DNA of 64,000 nt. Origin: a virus. Shown here in pieces: positions 8,563-18,309 of this stretch. Below the pieces are notes generated by a model. That model made no database searches, was not told where the DNA came from, and saw only the letters and a program-made list of their open reading frames with translations. The position numbers and the translations under genes were made by a program. The DNA lies in IMG/VR virus record IMGVR_UViG_3300044782_000023; one strand, written 5' to 3'. Numbering within the stretch: position 1 is the stretch's first letter; every line of letters begins with the position of its first letter.

Positions 8563-9575
8563 CCGTCCAGACCGGCGCACCGGCCGGTACCCGGCAGGCT
8601 CAGGTCCTGCTGGCGTCGGCGGCCGAGTATCAGGCGGAGCAGGAAGCGGAGCGACGTCGGATGATCGCTGCCGTGATGGCGGTCTGGGCGACGCTGGACA
8701 TGAAACAGGTGTGGCCGTCGTGGACGATCGGCGGGCTGGGCAGCCGGATCTATCTGCTGCTGTCGTCGCTGATGGAACTGGTCGCCGCCGACGCGAACGG
8801 CTACGTGCGCAAGACGCTCGCCGACCAGGATCTGCTGTATCTCGGCCCGGACATCAACCCGATCAACTTCGCGGGGGTCGCCTCCGATGGCCGGGATCTG
8901 GAGCAGTTGCTGCGTGGCGCGATCATCAAGGTTCGCGAAGCGCAGCGCAAGGGCATGTCGGATGAGGCGGCGGCTGAGCGCGGTCGCCATTTCCTGGATC
9001 TGGTGCTGAAGACGCAGGTCGCGGACGCGGCGCGGGCAGCGGAGTCGGTCAGTATCACCGTGTCCGACCCGGAGACACCGGCGGGGAAGAAGGTGCAGGT
9101 CGGGTTCGTGCGGATGCTGACGCCGCCGTCGTGCGGCCGGTGTGCCGTCCTGGCCGGGAAGTTTTACAAGTGGAATTCCGGCTTCCTTAGACATCCGGCG
9201 TGCCAGTGCTTCCACGTGGTCACAACCATCGCTGGATCGAACGAGATACTCACCAACCCGTACGTCTACTTCAACTCCCTGTCCGAGCAGGAGCAGAACG
9301 ATCTGTTCGGGAAGGCACAGGCGGAAGCGATCCGCGACGGCGGCGACATCAGCCAGGTCGTCAACAGCGCGCGGACGGCCGGGTCGATGTTCACCGCCGA
9401 CGACGGGAAGCGCTACACGACCGAGGGGACGACGAAGCGGGGATTCGCTCGCGGGGTTGCTGGCCGAGTTCTTCGCCCTACCGTCTGGCAGATCTACCAA
9501 GACGCCGACGGGGATAAAGCGGAGGCGATCGAGGCGCTGCGCCTCTACGGGTATATTCTTCCGCGCACTCGCTGA
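8559..9575 (+). CDS. head morphogenesis protein (MuF-like minor capsid protein / maturation protease position)
   Basis: Synteny portal-X-scaffold; SCGRC...RHPACQC motif. Confidence 0.7.
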   Translation: MTVQTGAPAGTRQAQVLLASAAEYQAEQEAERRRMIAAVMAVWATLDMKQVWPSWTIGGLGSRIYLLLSSLMELVAADANGYVRKTLADQDLLYLGPDINPINFAGVASDGRDLEQLLRGAIIKVREAQRKGMSDEAAAERGRHFLDLVLKTQVADAARAAESVSITVSDPETPAGKKVQVGFVRMLTPPSCGRCAVLAGKFYKWNSGFLRHPACQCFHVVTTIAGSNEILTNPYVYFNSLSEQEQNDLFGKAQAEAIRDGGDISQVVNSARTAGSMFTADDGKRYTTEGTTKRGFARGVAGRVLRPTVWQIYQDADGDKAEAIEALRLYGYILPRTR

Positions 9576-9708
9576 TGCCTTGCGGTCCGCGATCCTATAT
9601 GCTGCATCCAGAAGTGATCACGGCGCGATACCACGATCACTCCCACACTTCGTCGGCGCGATGCCGACGCGCACGGCCAGCGCGAGGCTGGCAGACCAGG
9701 GAGAACGA

Positions 9709-10359
9709 ATGCTACCGCCCTTGTTCGATCCGCTCGGTTTTCGCTTGGATGGCCGCCCGTTCTGGGGTTTCTCCGGCGCCGAAGGTGACGATGACGGTGG
9801 TGACGGCGACGACGCTGCCGCCGAAAAGGACCCCGTCAAGGTATTGGAATCGACCCTGAGCAAGGTGCGCCAGGAGCGCAAGCAAGTTCAGGATGAGTTC
9901 CGGCCTTGGAAGGCCGCATTCCGCGAACTGGGTATTGACTCTCCGGACAGGTTGAAGGACTTGCTGGGGGGCGCTGGCGCTTCAGGTGGCACCGGCAAGC
10001 AGGAGCAGGTCGATGTCGAAGCGATCCGTAAGCAGGCTCGTGACGAGATCCGCCTGGAATCCAACCGTGATCTCGCTCTGGCGAAGGTGGAAGCCGCCGC
10101 CAAGGGAATGTTCGCGGACCCGGACGACGCGGTCGCGTTTTTCAAGGGGTCCGTGGATGACCTACTCGGCCGGGACGGCAAGCCGGATAAGAACGTGATC
10201 AAGCGGGAACTGGATGGCCTGCTGGCCGCGAAACCGCATTGGGGCGTCGGCAAGCAGGAGGATATGTCGTTCGACGGCGGCGCTCGCACTCCGGCCACCG
10301 CACCGAAGACGATGGACACCTTCCTGAGGCAAGCCTCGCGCAATAAGCGCGGGCAGTAA
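9709..10359 (+). CDS. capsid scaffolding protein, 216 aa
   Basis: GGAG RBS before ATG 9709; acidic then helical composition; directly before MCP. Confidence 0.75.
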   Translation: MLPPLFDPLGFRLDGRPFWGFSGAEGDDDGGDGDDAAAEKDPVKVLESTLSKVRQERKQVQDEFRPWKAAFRELGIDSPDRLKDLLGGAGASGGTGKQEQVDVEAIRKQARDEIRLESNRDLALAKVEAAAKGMFADPDDAVAFFKGSVDDLLGRDGKPDKNVIKRELDGLLAAKPHWGVGKQEDMSFDGGARTPATAPKTMDTFLRQASRNKRGQ

Positions 10360-10399
10360 GCGGCTCCCGCCCGGGGGTCGCATGACCCCTGGAGACGCA

Positions 10400-11434
10400 G
10401 TGAAGAACCACATCAGGGAGCCGATCGGCTTCCGCTCCGATGGGCGGCCGATTTACGGCTTCTCCGGCGGGGCCTATGACAGCCTGACCAACCGGTCGGA
10501 TGTCGCACCACTCATCCCAGAGCAGGTGTCCAACGAGATGCTCGGGAAGGCGACCGAAGGGTCCGCCGTTCTGGCGATGTTCCGCCGGATTCCCGTACAG
10601 GGCACGTCGCTTCGATTCCCCATTCTCACCGCCCTGCCGATCGCCTACTGGGTCGCCGGTGACACCGGCCTCAAGCAGACGACCGAGATGGGCTGGAGCA
10701 ACAAGTACCTCACGATCGAAGAGATCGCGACGATCATGCCGGTGCCTGACAACGTCATGGAAGACGTGTCGGTGAACATCTGGGACGAGGCGCAGCCGCT
10801 CATCGTGGAGGCGTTCGCCCGGGTGCTCGATTCGGCCGTGTACTTCGGTGCTGGTGCTCCCGCGTCGTTCCCGACGAACATCATCGCTGCCGCTGCCGCT
10901 GCGGTGAACTACATCGATGTTGGCGCGTCCACCGTGGCTCAGGGTGGATTCATGGGTGACCTGGACAAGTTGATCGGGAAAATCGAAGAGGACGGGTACG
11001 ACACCACCGGCTACCTCTCCCCGATCTCCACCCGCTCCAAGTTTCGCCAGACCCGTGACACCACTGGCCGGAAGATCGACGAGAACCGGGTCGGCGGTGA
11101 CCTGCGTAGCGTCGATGGCGTGCCGATCATGTACCCGATGCGCGGGCTGTTCCCCGTGTCCGGTGGTGTCGGCGTCAACGGTGTCGCGCTGATCGGTGGC
11201 GACTGGTCTCAGTTCGTTGTCGGCGTGAAGTCGGGGATCGAGTACAAACTCATCACCGACGGCGTCATCACCGACGACCAGGGCAACATCGTGTACAACC
11301 TGCCGCAGCAGGACATGCAGGCCATTCGGCTGAAGTTCCGGGTCGGCTGGCAGGTAGCGAACACGATCAACAACGACAACCCGACGGAAGCCACCCGCTA
11401 CCCCGTCGGCTATCTCCGGACGGTGGGCGCGTAA
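10400..11434 (+). CDS. major capsid protein (HK97 fold); start 10400 (GTG) or 10382
   Basis: Synteny, size, motifs (EEIATIMPV, IGGDWSQ, NLPQQDMQAIR). Confidence 0.88.
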   Translation: MKNHIREPIGFRSDGRPIYGFSGGAYDSLTNRSDVAPLIPEQVSNEMLGKATEGSAVLAMFRRIPVQGTSLRFPILTALPIAYWVAGDTGLKQTTEMGWSNKYLTIEEIATIMPVPDNVMEDVSVNIWDEAQPLIVEAFARVLDSAVYFGAGAPASFPTNIIAAAAAAVNYIDVGASTVAQGGFMGDLDKLIGKIEEDGYDTTGYLSPISTRSKFRQTRDTTGRKIDENRVGGDLRSVDGVPIMYPMRGLFPVSGGVGVNGVALIGGDWSQFVVGVKSGIEYKLITDGVITDDQGNIVYNLPQQDMQAIRLKFRVGWQVANTINNDNPTEATRYPVGYLRTVGA

Positions 11435-11832
11435 TGGGCATGAAGACGGTCAAGTCCATTGACCATGACGCCGCGACGATCCTCGCTACCGTCGTCACCA
11501 CGGTTGAGGCTCCGTTTACCGGGAAGGTCGCCGAGGTCACCTACACGGCGGTCGCCGCCGTAACCGGTGCGGCCTCACCGGCCAGCCGAACACTCAGCGT
11601 CATCAACCACGGCCAGGCCGGTGCTGGTACCACGGTGGTCGCCAGCCTCGCTCTGGTGTCAGGCGTCAACCTCGTCGCGTTCGATGAGAAGGCGGTCACC
11701 TTGTCCGTCACAGCGGCGGACCTTCTGGTCACCGCTGGCGATGTCCTGGAGTTCCGATCCGCCGCAGTCGGCGGTACAGGCCTGGTCGATCCCGGCGGGT
11801 CGGTCAGCGTTACTTTTGAGAGGAACGACTGA
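11434..11832 (+). CDS. putative capsid decoration protein, 132 aa
   Basis: Coupled to MCP (TAATG); beta-rich Ala/Val/Thr composition. Confidence 0.5.
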   Translation: MGMKTVKSIDHDAATILATVVTTVEAPFTGKVAEVTYTAVAAVTGAASPASRTLSVINHGQAGAGTTVVASLALVSGVNLVAFDEKAVTLSVTAADLLVTAGDVLEFRSAAVGGTGLVDPGGSVSVTFERND

Positions 11833-12155
11833 TGGCCGAAGTCCGTCCAGCCGCCAAGACCGCTGTCGCGCCGATCAACCCCAGTGGGTTGCAGCGCGGC
11901 GAGAAGGTCGGCACACCGCTGACTACCAACCCGCCACGTGGTGTCGATGAACTCCCCAGCGATGCGATCGCCGACGAGCCCGCCGCTGCTGCCCTTCAGA
12001 AGCACGTGAAGGGCATCATCGACAAGGAGACCGCCCAGGGGTACCGGGGCGATCCGAATAAGAACCGGACGCCGAATTCGGCTTACACTCTCGCCGGTGT
12101 CGGCCGGGGTGACGTTACTCCGGAGACCACGGTCCACACACCGTCGTCAAAGTAG
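11832..12155 (+). CDS. hypothetical virion-associated protein, 107 aa
   Basis: TGATG coupling in head operon. Confidence 0.55.
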   Translation: MAEVRPAAKTAVAPINPSGLQRGEKVGTPLTTNPPRGVDELPSDAIADEPAAAALQKHVKGIIDKETAQGYRGDPNKNRTPNSAYTLAGVGRGDVTPETTVHTPSSK

Positions 12156-12223
12156 TCCCAACTCCGGCCCACCTCCGCTTGGAGCGTGGGCCGGAGGTTC
12201 GCACTTGAGTTGGAGGACGCGTC

Positions 12224-12694
12224 ATGCCGTTCAGTGTCAGCACTGCCGACATCGAATCACGGTGGCGTCCCCTTTCCGTTGCGGAAGCCGACGTCGGGCT
12301 CCAGCGGCTAGTAGACGTGGAACGGCAGTTGCGCATTCGACGGCCGACACTGCTGGCGTTCTACACGGCGCTCGTAGCGGACGTTGCGCCGATCACGGTG
12401 AAAGCCGATCTGCTAGAAACGATTCGGGCAGTCCTGGCCGGTGTCGTCATCCGCTACCTGCGCAACCCTGACGTGACGTCACGTCAGGACATCGGCTCTG
12501 ATGGTTCGATCGGTATCGGCTTTGACACCCGGACTGATGGCGGCGTTTACCTGGCCGATGAGGATCTGGTGGAGATCGACGCGGCAGTGGCCGTTGCGGG
12601 CGGGGCCGCCTATGCCCGGGTGCGCTCGCGGGTCTTAGTATCGACGTTCCCCTATGCGACCGTCGGTGATCCGACGATCCTCCCCACACCGTAA
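12224..12694 (+). CDS. head-to-tail adaptor
   Basis: GGAGG RBS; TADIESRWRPLS motif typical of actinophage adaptors. Confidence 0.75.
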   Translation: MPFSVSTADIESRWRPLSVAEADVGLQRLVDVERQLRIRRPTLLAFYTALVADVAPITVKADLLETIRAVLAGVVIRYLRNPDVTSRQDIGSDGSIGIGFDTRTDGGVYLADEDLVEIDAAVAVAGGAAYARVRSRVLVSTFPYATVGDPTILPTP

Positions 12695-12702
12695 GGGCTC
12701 CC

Positions 12703-14805
12703 ATGGCTACGTTTAACCTGACTACGACGCCTTCGGTCATCGACCAGGGTGTCAGCGATTTCATCCGCGTCAGGAACGCCAGCGACGTCGTCGTGATCGT
12801 CACCAGGGGCGGCTACGAGATCGAACGTCTTCGGCCGGGCGCCTCGGGGACGTACTACCTGGAGCACGAGATCCCGGTGTACGCCGCAGTCGTCAGCGGG
12901 CTTGGAGCCGTCGACGTCGTCGCGACAGCGAAGGCGGCGCTGCCCTCGGCCACGTTCGCGCGGATCAGCAACCCGTTCGAGAAGATGCCATTCACCTGCT
13001 ATGGGCATTCGTTCATGGCGGCGGCCGGTGGCGCTGGGACGACCACGGGAGCCCGGTGGCCGGAGCGGATCGCCGCTCGGTTGGCGACTGGAGCGCTCGT
13101 CAATAACGCCGTCTCCGGTACGTCCATGTCTGAGATCGCGGCGCGCGCGCTGACCACCTGGACTCCGGCGACTCGTGGTCTTGTTGCGATGATGGGCATT
13201 CTCAATTCGGTGCAGTATCTGGAGGGCGCTTCGACGTGCGCCGAGTCGCTGCGGGCCGCCCTGGCGGTGCTCACGGCCTCCGCGAAGTTCGAGGAGTCCT
13301 CCACCATCTTCGCCTTCAACGGGACGTGGGTAGCCGGGCCTACCACTAACGTCAGCGGCAGCGCCAGCAAGCGGACCACTACTGTGACGGACAGCGTTGA
13401 TGTCTACCTGGCAACCGGGTCCGGTTATCTGATCACCCAACTTTCCGCGTCTTCGGGTGGAACGATCGTCGCGACCGTCTCCGGAACCGGAGCGGTAGTG
13501 GGGACCTGGTCGACCAACGGGCACGCACCGCACACCACGCCGGGGCCGATGGTCCTGGGTGTTTCCGGGCTTGCGGCGGGCGTTACAGTCCGGTTTACCC
13601 TGACGGCTGGCACCGGTTTCACCGTCGACGGCCTGCTGGTTCCGAACACAACGAACCCACCGGTCATCGTTTTCGGGCAGGAAGGGCCGTGTAACGTCTA
13701 CACGGGGGCTTCGGCGGCGAACACGGTGGACGTGAACCGTGCCCTTCAGGTCTCCTACGGGGCGGCTTGCGATGCGGTCATCGTTGATTTCCCGAGCGTC
13801 GTGAATGTTCGCGCCCTCGCCAGCGGCTGGCTGGTTGATGACTACACGTGGGTCGGCGATGGCACCCACCCGAATGATGCGGGGCAGGTCTTTCTGGCCG
13901 ACATCGCACAGCGTGCCTTACAGGAGGCGGTGATCGGCGCTCGCGACGGGCTGAACTTGATCACCGCGTCGCCCATGGTCGTGGAGGGAATGAGCGGGTA
14001 CTACGTCGGAAGCCCCACGGTTCCGCCGACGCCCACGTTGTTTTCTGCGGTCGGTGTTGTCAGCACGCAAGCGAACCTGTACGGGAGCATTCCGTCTACA
14101 GGTGGGTCCGCGATCACCGGGTACAAATGGCAATACCGTACGACCGCTGGTCCGGGCGCTTGGACGGATCTGCCGGGCTCGGCGACCGCCGTTACCGTCG
14201 CGACCGGCTTGACAAACGGCACGTCGTATGACTTTCGGATGGCCGCGACAAACGCTGTCGGTGACAGCGCATGGTCGGCTGCGGCCACCCCGACCGTGGT
14301 GTACGCCTACGACCTGTTCACCCGGGCGAACGCATCCAGCCTCGGAACGAGCACCAGTGGCACGGCGTGGACGTCGACGGCGGCGAACGGAATCGTCTCC
14401 AACATGGCGGGAGGTTCCGCTACGGTGACGGCCAACCCGTCAGTGATCGAAACGTCGCAGGCGACGTGCACCGTTCAGGCGCTGGTGGCCGCTGCGGGGT
14501 CTGTCGGGATCGTCGGGCGCGCAACGGATATCAGCAACCATTTCATTTTCACTGGATCGGTGACCGGCGCCTGGCAGTTGTATAAGCGGGTGGCTGGGGT
14601 GTTTACCTTGCTTCTCGACGCGGGGATTGTGGTTCGGACGGGCGACGTCCCTCAGATGGTGTTCAGCGGGAACACGATTACGGTCAAGTTGAACGGGGTG
14701 ACCATCGGAGCCGTTACTGACGCCTTCAACAACACCGCGACCAAGGCGGGTATCCGGATGAGCGATGCTCCGGGCCGGTTGGATGACTTCTTCGTCACCG
14801 CGTGA
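12703..14805 (+). CDS. SGNH/GDSL esterase + fibronectin III + lectin-like domain protein, 700 aa
   Basis: CYGHSF (Ser nucleophile), GILNS, DGTHPN; FN3 signature GGSAITGYKWQY...YDFRMAATNAVG. Confidence 0.75.
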   Translation: MATFNLTTTPSVIDQGVSDFIRVRNASDVVVIVTRGGYEIERLRPGASGTYYLEHEIPVYAAVVSGLGAVDVVATAKAALPSATFARISNPFEKMPFTCYGHSFMAAAGGAGTTTGARWPERIAARLATGALVNNAVSGTSMSEIAARALTTWTPATRGLVAMMGILNSVQYLEGASTCAESLRAALAVLTASAKFEESSTIFAFNGTWVAGPTTNVSGSASKRTTTVTDSVDVYLATGSGYLITQLSASSGGTIVATVSGTGAVVGTWSTNGHAPHTTPGPMVLGVSGLAAGVTVRFTLTAGTGFTVDGLLVPNTTNPPVIVFGQEGPCNVYTGASAANTVDVNRALQVSYGAACDAVIVDFPSVVNVRALASGWLVDDYTWVGDGTHPNDAGQVFLADIAQRALQEAVIGARDGLNLITASPMVVEGMSGYYVGSPTVPPTPTLFSAVGVVSTQANLYGSIPSTGGSAITGYKWQYRTTAGPGAWTDLPGSATAVTVATGLTNGTSYDFRMAATNAVGDSAWSAAATPTVVYAYDLFTRANASSLGTSTSGTAWTSTAANGIVSNMAGGSATVTANPSVIETSQATCTVQALVAAAGSVGIVGRATDISNHFIFTGSVTGAWQLYKRVAGVFTLLLDAGIVVRTGDVPQMVFSGNTITVKLNGVTIGAVTDAFNNTATKAGIRMSDAPGRLDDFFVTA

Positions 14806-14853
14806 ACCACCGTAGGATGACCAGTAGCGCACCATTCACGAAAGGCATCATCC

Positions 14854-15567
14854 ATGACTGAGGCCCGTCCTTCTGGCGCCCTTCTCACCTGCGTCATCCC
14901 CGCGCCGCCGAAGCGTCCGCTAATCAGGACTGTTGAGGACGCCGTGCGCTACGGCGGCGGTAGTCAGGCTCCGGGGAGGTGGAGCAAGGTATTCAATCCG
15001 GTTCGGACTCGCTGGCAGGACTCGAATCGGGAGAATTTCGAGCGTTCGATCGCCGCGCAGGATGCTGCCGAGGCGGCTGCTCGCGGCGGGGCGATGTCCG
15101 CTGTTGGCCACCTGTGGCTGGCGAAGGTCGACCTGGCCGGGAATCAGTATGACCTGGGGTTGGCTTCGTGCCGGGTTATCACCACGACTGGCGTCAACTT
15201 TATTGTGGATGCGTTCCAGGGGCTGGTCGAGCCGGAGAATATGAAATACCACGGCCTTGGTACTGGCGGGTCGGCTGAGGCTGTAGGCAACACCGCGTTG
15301 ACGACGGAATTGACCACCCAGTATTCCACGTCGAACACTCGCCCGACGGGGTCGCTGGGTGAGCAGGCCGGTAACGCGAACGTGTACGAGACCATCGCTA
15401 CCATCACCGTCTCCGCCACGGTGGCCGCCACCGAGCATGGGATCTTCTCGCAGGCCGCGACCGGCGGCGGAGTCATGCTGGACCGGACGCTGTTCTCCGT
15501 GGTCAACCTTGCGTCCGGTGAAAGTTTGCAGTCCACGTATCAACTTTCAATGTTCGCGGGGTTTTAG
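14854..15567 (+). CDS. putative collar/fibre-assembly structural protein, 237 aa
   Basis: GLGTG...TEHGIFSQAATGGGVMLDRTLFSVVNL resembles tail-collar-fibre proteins. Confidence 0.5.
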   Translation: MTEARPSGALLTCVIPAPPKRPLIRTVEDAVRYGGGSQAPGRWSKVFNPVRTRWQDSNRENFERSIAAQDAAEAAARGGAMSAVGHLWLAKVDLAGNQYDLGLASCRVITTTGVNFIVDAFQGLVEPENMKYHGLGTGGSAEAVGNTALTTELTTQYSTSNTRPTGSLGEQAGNANVYETIATITVSATVAATEHGIFSQAATGGGVMLDRTLFSVVNLASGESLQSTYQLSMFAGF

Positions 15568-15605
15568 CCTGTATGTTCTACTTTATCCGATAGGAGGGCG
15601 GCGAC

Positions 15606-16649
15606 ATGGCCAGCCTGATGCCCTCCGGGTCTCCGGAGACCTTCACTGGCTCCGACGGATCAGCGCCGAACGCGACGAACGTCGCCGTCACGTACGCGGA
15701 CGGGTCCGGCGCGATCACCGTCCAGTCCAACACCATGCGTCTGCGGACCGGGACGGCGATCAACAACCGGATATCTGTCCGGCTGACCGGCGTTTCTGTC
15801 GCCGATGGGGAACTGGTCTTCACCCACACCCTGGTCAACACGTCTTACCCGTACGTAATCCTGCGGGGCGGAAGCAACTTGGACTCCGGGAACGGGTACC
15901 TGTTCACCCTGGAGGCAGCCGACATGACCCTGACCCGGCATGTCTCGTACGCCGGGCCGGACCTGGTCACCATCACCCACGGGTTCACTCTCGGGCAGAC
16001 CGTCAAGACCAGGGTGTCGATCTTCGGCCAGGTCATTCGCGCTCGCACATGGTTGGCGACCGACTCGGAGCCGACGTCGGCCTGGCAGATCACCTACACC
16101 GACCCGACCGGCTCCGGTGGTATCTCAGCGGCCGGAATGATGGGCTGGACGACGGCGGCGGCGTCGGCCGGGGCGAAAGACTGGTTCATCGACGACGTCG
16201 ACGCCAAGGACACCCTGACTCCCACGCAGGCGACCCTGCTGGCGACCGCGTCGATCACCCCTTCTGCCGCTCTCGTCAAGACTATGCCGAAGATATTCGC
16301 CGCTGGAGTCAGCCCGGCGGGGGCGCTCGCCACGATGCGAGTCGTCGTGCGGTTGTTCACCGCCGGGGTAAGCCCGGCGGGCGCGCTTGTCAAGGCGCTG
16401 CCCCGAACGTTCGCGTCGTCGATCAGCCCCTCCGCTGTCATGGTGAAGCAGGACCTGAAGGCGTTCGCGAGCCTGATCATCCCCGTCGCGGCGTTGAACA
16501 AGAGCGCGGCCAAGAAGTTCACCGGCGAGGTCTCACCATCTGGTAGCGCGGTCGCGCTGTTTGTTGGCCGGATCTTCGGCCGTCCGGGAATCGTCGTGAT
16601 GTCTCTGATCACACGGTCCGAGGTCCGCATCCGGCACAGGAAAGGCTGA
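15606..16649 (+). CDS. putative fibre protein (lectin-like N-part, repetitive C-part), 347 aa
   Basis: GGAGG RBS; repeated (S/G)(I/V)SP(S/A)(A/G)AL units. Confidence 0.55.
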   Translation: MASLMPSGSPETFTGSDGSAPNATNVAVTYADGSGAITVQSNTMRLRTGTAINNRISVRLTGVSVADGELVFTHTLVNTSYPYVILRGGSNLDSGNGYLFTLEAADMTLTRHVSYAGPDLVTITHGFTLGQTVKTRVSIFGQVIRARTWLATDSEPTSAWQITYTDPTGSGGISAAGMMGWTTAAASAGAKDWFIDDVDAKDTLTPTQATLLATASITPSAALVKTMPKIFAAGVSPAGALATMRVVVRLFTAGVSPAGALVKALPRTFASSISPSAVMVKQDLKAFASLIIPVAALNKSAAKKFTGEVSPSGSAVALFVGRIFGRPGIVVMSLITRSEVRIRHRKG

Positions 16650-16655
16650 CATGGC

Positions 16656-16961
16656 ATGATCGACAGCAACCGGCATCCCGTGTACGTCGGCCAGAGAATC
16701 CTGGTCGAGATCGAGTACCGGCTGAATGGCAACCCCACCGACCCGACGATCGTCCAGTACACCTACCGGTCGCCGCTGGGCGTCACCGCCACCGTGACCT
16801 ACCCCGATGAGGCATTCATCCGCCGGTCGGAAGGTTTGTACGACGCCAGCATTCTGGTGGACGAGCCGGGCACCTGGATCATCCGCGGCGAAGGCGCCGG
16901 GATCGTTGACGGCGTAAATGAACTGGCCCAGGAAGTCCTCGCGAGTGGATTGAGTGGATAA
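16656..16961 (+). CDS. Ig-like structural protein, 101 aa
   Basis: Beta-rich, YDASILVDEPGTW motif. Confidence 0.5.
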   Translation: MIDSNRHPVYVGQRILVEIEYRLNGNPTDPTIVQYTYRSPLGVTATVTYPDEAFIRRSEGLYDASILVDEPGTWIIRGEGAGIVDGVNELAQEVLASGLSG

Positions 16962-16990
16962 TGGACGAGAACAGCAACCAGGAGGACATC

Positions 16991-17158
16991 ATGGCCCGCA
17001 CCGGAGCCACGAAGCCATCAGTACCAGACGTCGAACCGGTTATCGATTTCATGGCTGAAGCCCCGCCCGCTCGTCCGTACGGCGACGCGATCACCGCTGA
17101 ACATCGTGCGCTATTGGCTGCCAACGGCGTTAATGTCGCGGCGGCGTCCGGCGAATGA
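16991..17158 (+). CDS. hypothetical protein, 55 aa
   Basis: AGGAGG RBS before ATG 16991; ATGA overlap with next gene. Confidence 0.5.
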   Translation: MARTGATKPSVPDVEPVIDFMAEAPPARPYGDAITAEHRALLAANGVNVAAASGE

Positions 17159-17520
17159 GCATCGAAGCGATCGTCGCTAACGGCCGCCGACTTATCGGTA
17201 CGTCGTTTCTCGATCGCGCCCGCATCCAGGACCGGACGATGGTTCGGGACACCAGCGGCGGCCAGAAGGAGACGTTCACTGAACGGGGTGTCACCATCGA
17301 ATGCCGGTTCGTCACCCCGAAAGACGACGATCCGATCTTGAAGGTGGATAGTGTCTTCGGGCCAGCGACGATGGTGCTGCTGATGCCGCTTGGCACCGTG
17401 TTCGAGGAGGGCGATCGGGTCCGGAATCTCATTGACAGCAGCGTCTTCCAGATCACACGAGACGTGAGCGTCCCCTCTGAACTGGCTGTTCTGATGCGCG
17501 CCGGAATCCGGGAGGTGTAA
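17155..17520 (+). CDS. head-to-tail stopper
   Basis: Synteny and size; DTSGGQKETF...LLMPLGTVFEEGDRV. Confidence 0.7.
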   Translation: MSIEAIVANGRRLIGTSFLDRARIQDRTMVRDTSGGQKETFTERGVTIECRFVTPKDDDPILKVDSVFGPATMVLLMPLGTVFEEGDRVRNLIDSSVFQITRDVSVPSELAVLMRAGIREV

Positions 17521-17522
17521 CC

Positions 17523-17885
17523 GTGGCCGGGTGGAAAGTGAAGTTCAATCGGCTCGGCGCGGTCGCGAAGGCTATGCCACGCGAACTTGGTGATGGCGTC
17601 ACCGAGGTGGCGGAAGCGATGGCCCGGGAATTGAAGACGACCCTGTGGGTCGACACCGGGGTGGTCCGTCGGGTCACCACGGAACGGGATCAGGGGACGC
17701 TGCATTCAGAGGTCGCGGTCGGCTGGTATTTGGCTCACGGTTTCTACTCTGGTTTCCAAGAGTTCGGTGTTGCCAGCCGAGGTATCCCAGCCAGGCCGAT
17801 CGTGGCTCCGACCGCGCATATCTACGAACCGAAGTACGCGCTGGAGATGGCGGAAAAAGTGAAGGACGCCTGTGATGCGACGTGA
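17523..17885 (+). CDS. HK97 gp10-like tail completion protein
   Basis: VDTGVVRR...YSGFQEFG...PARP motif. Confidence 0.75.
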   Translation: MAGWKVKFNRLGAVAKAMPRELGDGVTEVAEAMARELKTTLWVDTGVVRRVTTERDQGTLHSEVAVGWYLAHGFYSGFQEFGVASRGIPARPIVAPTAHIYEPKYALEMAEKVKDACDAT

Positions 17886-18304
17886 TCGAAACCGTAGAGA
17901 TCGCCGAGGAATGGCTGTATGCCACGCTGAGTACTGACACAGCACTGGCCGCACTTGTCAGCGACCGGATTTCCGGCACGCTGAGTCCCGAACTGCTGGT
18001 CATGCCGTACGTGACTTTCTTGATGCAGTCCAGCCGCGACGTGTCAGCCGTTGGTGGGATCAGGATTTCCACTGACAACCTTTACATCGTCAAGGCCGTC
18101 GCTCAGACCAGCACGTGGGATGACCTGACGCCGATCGCCAGCCGAATCGATTACCTAATCCACCGGCCTGGCTCCGTCATGATCGAAGGTGGTGGATCGC
18201 TGACGTGCACTCGGGAGAGAGTGCACCAGTTGGCGGAAGTCGATGAGGGGCTGCAATATCGGCAACTCGGCGGCGTCTACCGAATCCGCGCGAGCGCGGA
18301 CTGA
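17882..18304 (+). CDS. tail terminator
   Basis: Synteny, size about 140 aa. Confidence 0.7.
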   Translation: MIETVEIAEEWLYATLSTDTALAALVSDRISGTLSPELLVMPYVTFLMQSSRDVSAVGGIRISTDNLYIVKAVAQTSTWDDLTPIASRIDYLIHRPGSVMIEGGGSLTCTRERVHQLAEVDEGLQYRQLGGVYRIRASAD

Positions 18305-18309
18305 ATGAG

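Noticed and set aside
9142-9708. Upstream extension of the scaffold ORF (405 aa in track)
   Set aside because: Overlaps the head morphogenesis gene; RBS and leader motif support a start at 9709.
12652-13869. 405-aa minus-strand ORF
   Set aside because: Antisense to the SGNH gene; Arg/Gly-rich shadow ORF.
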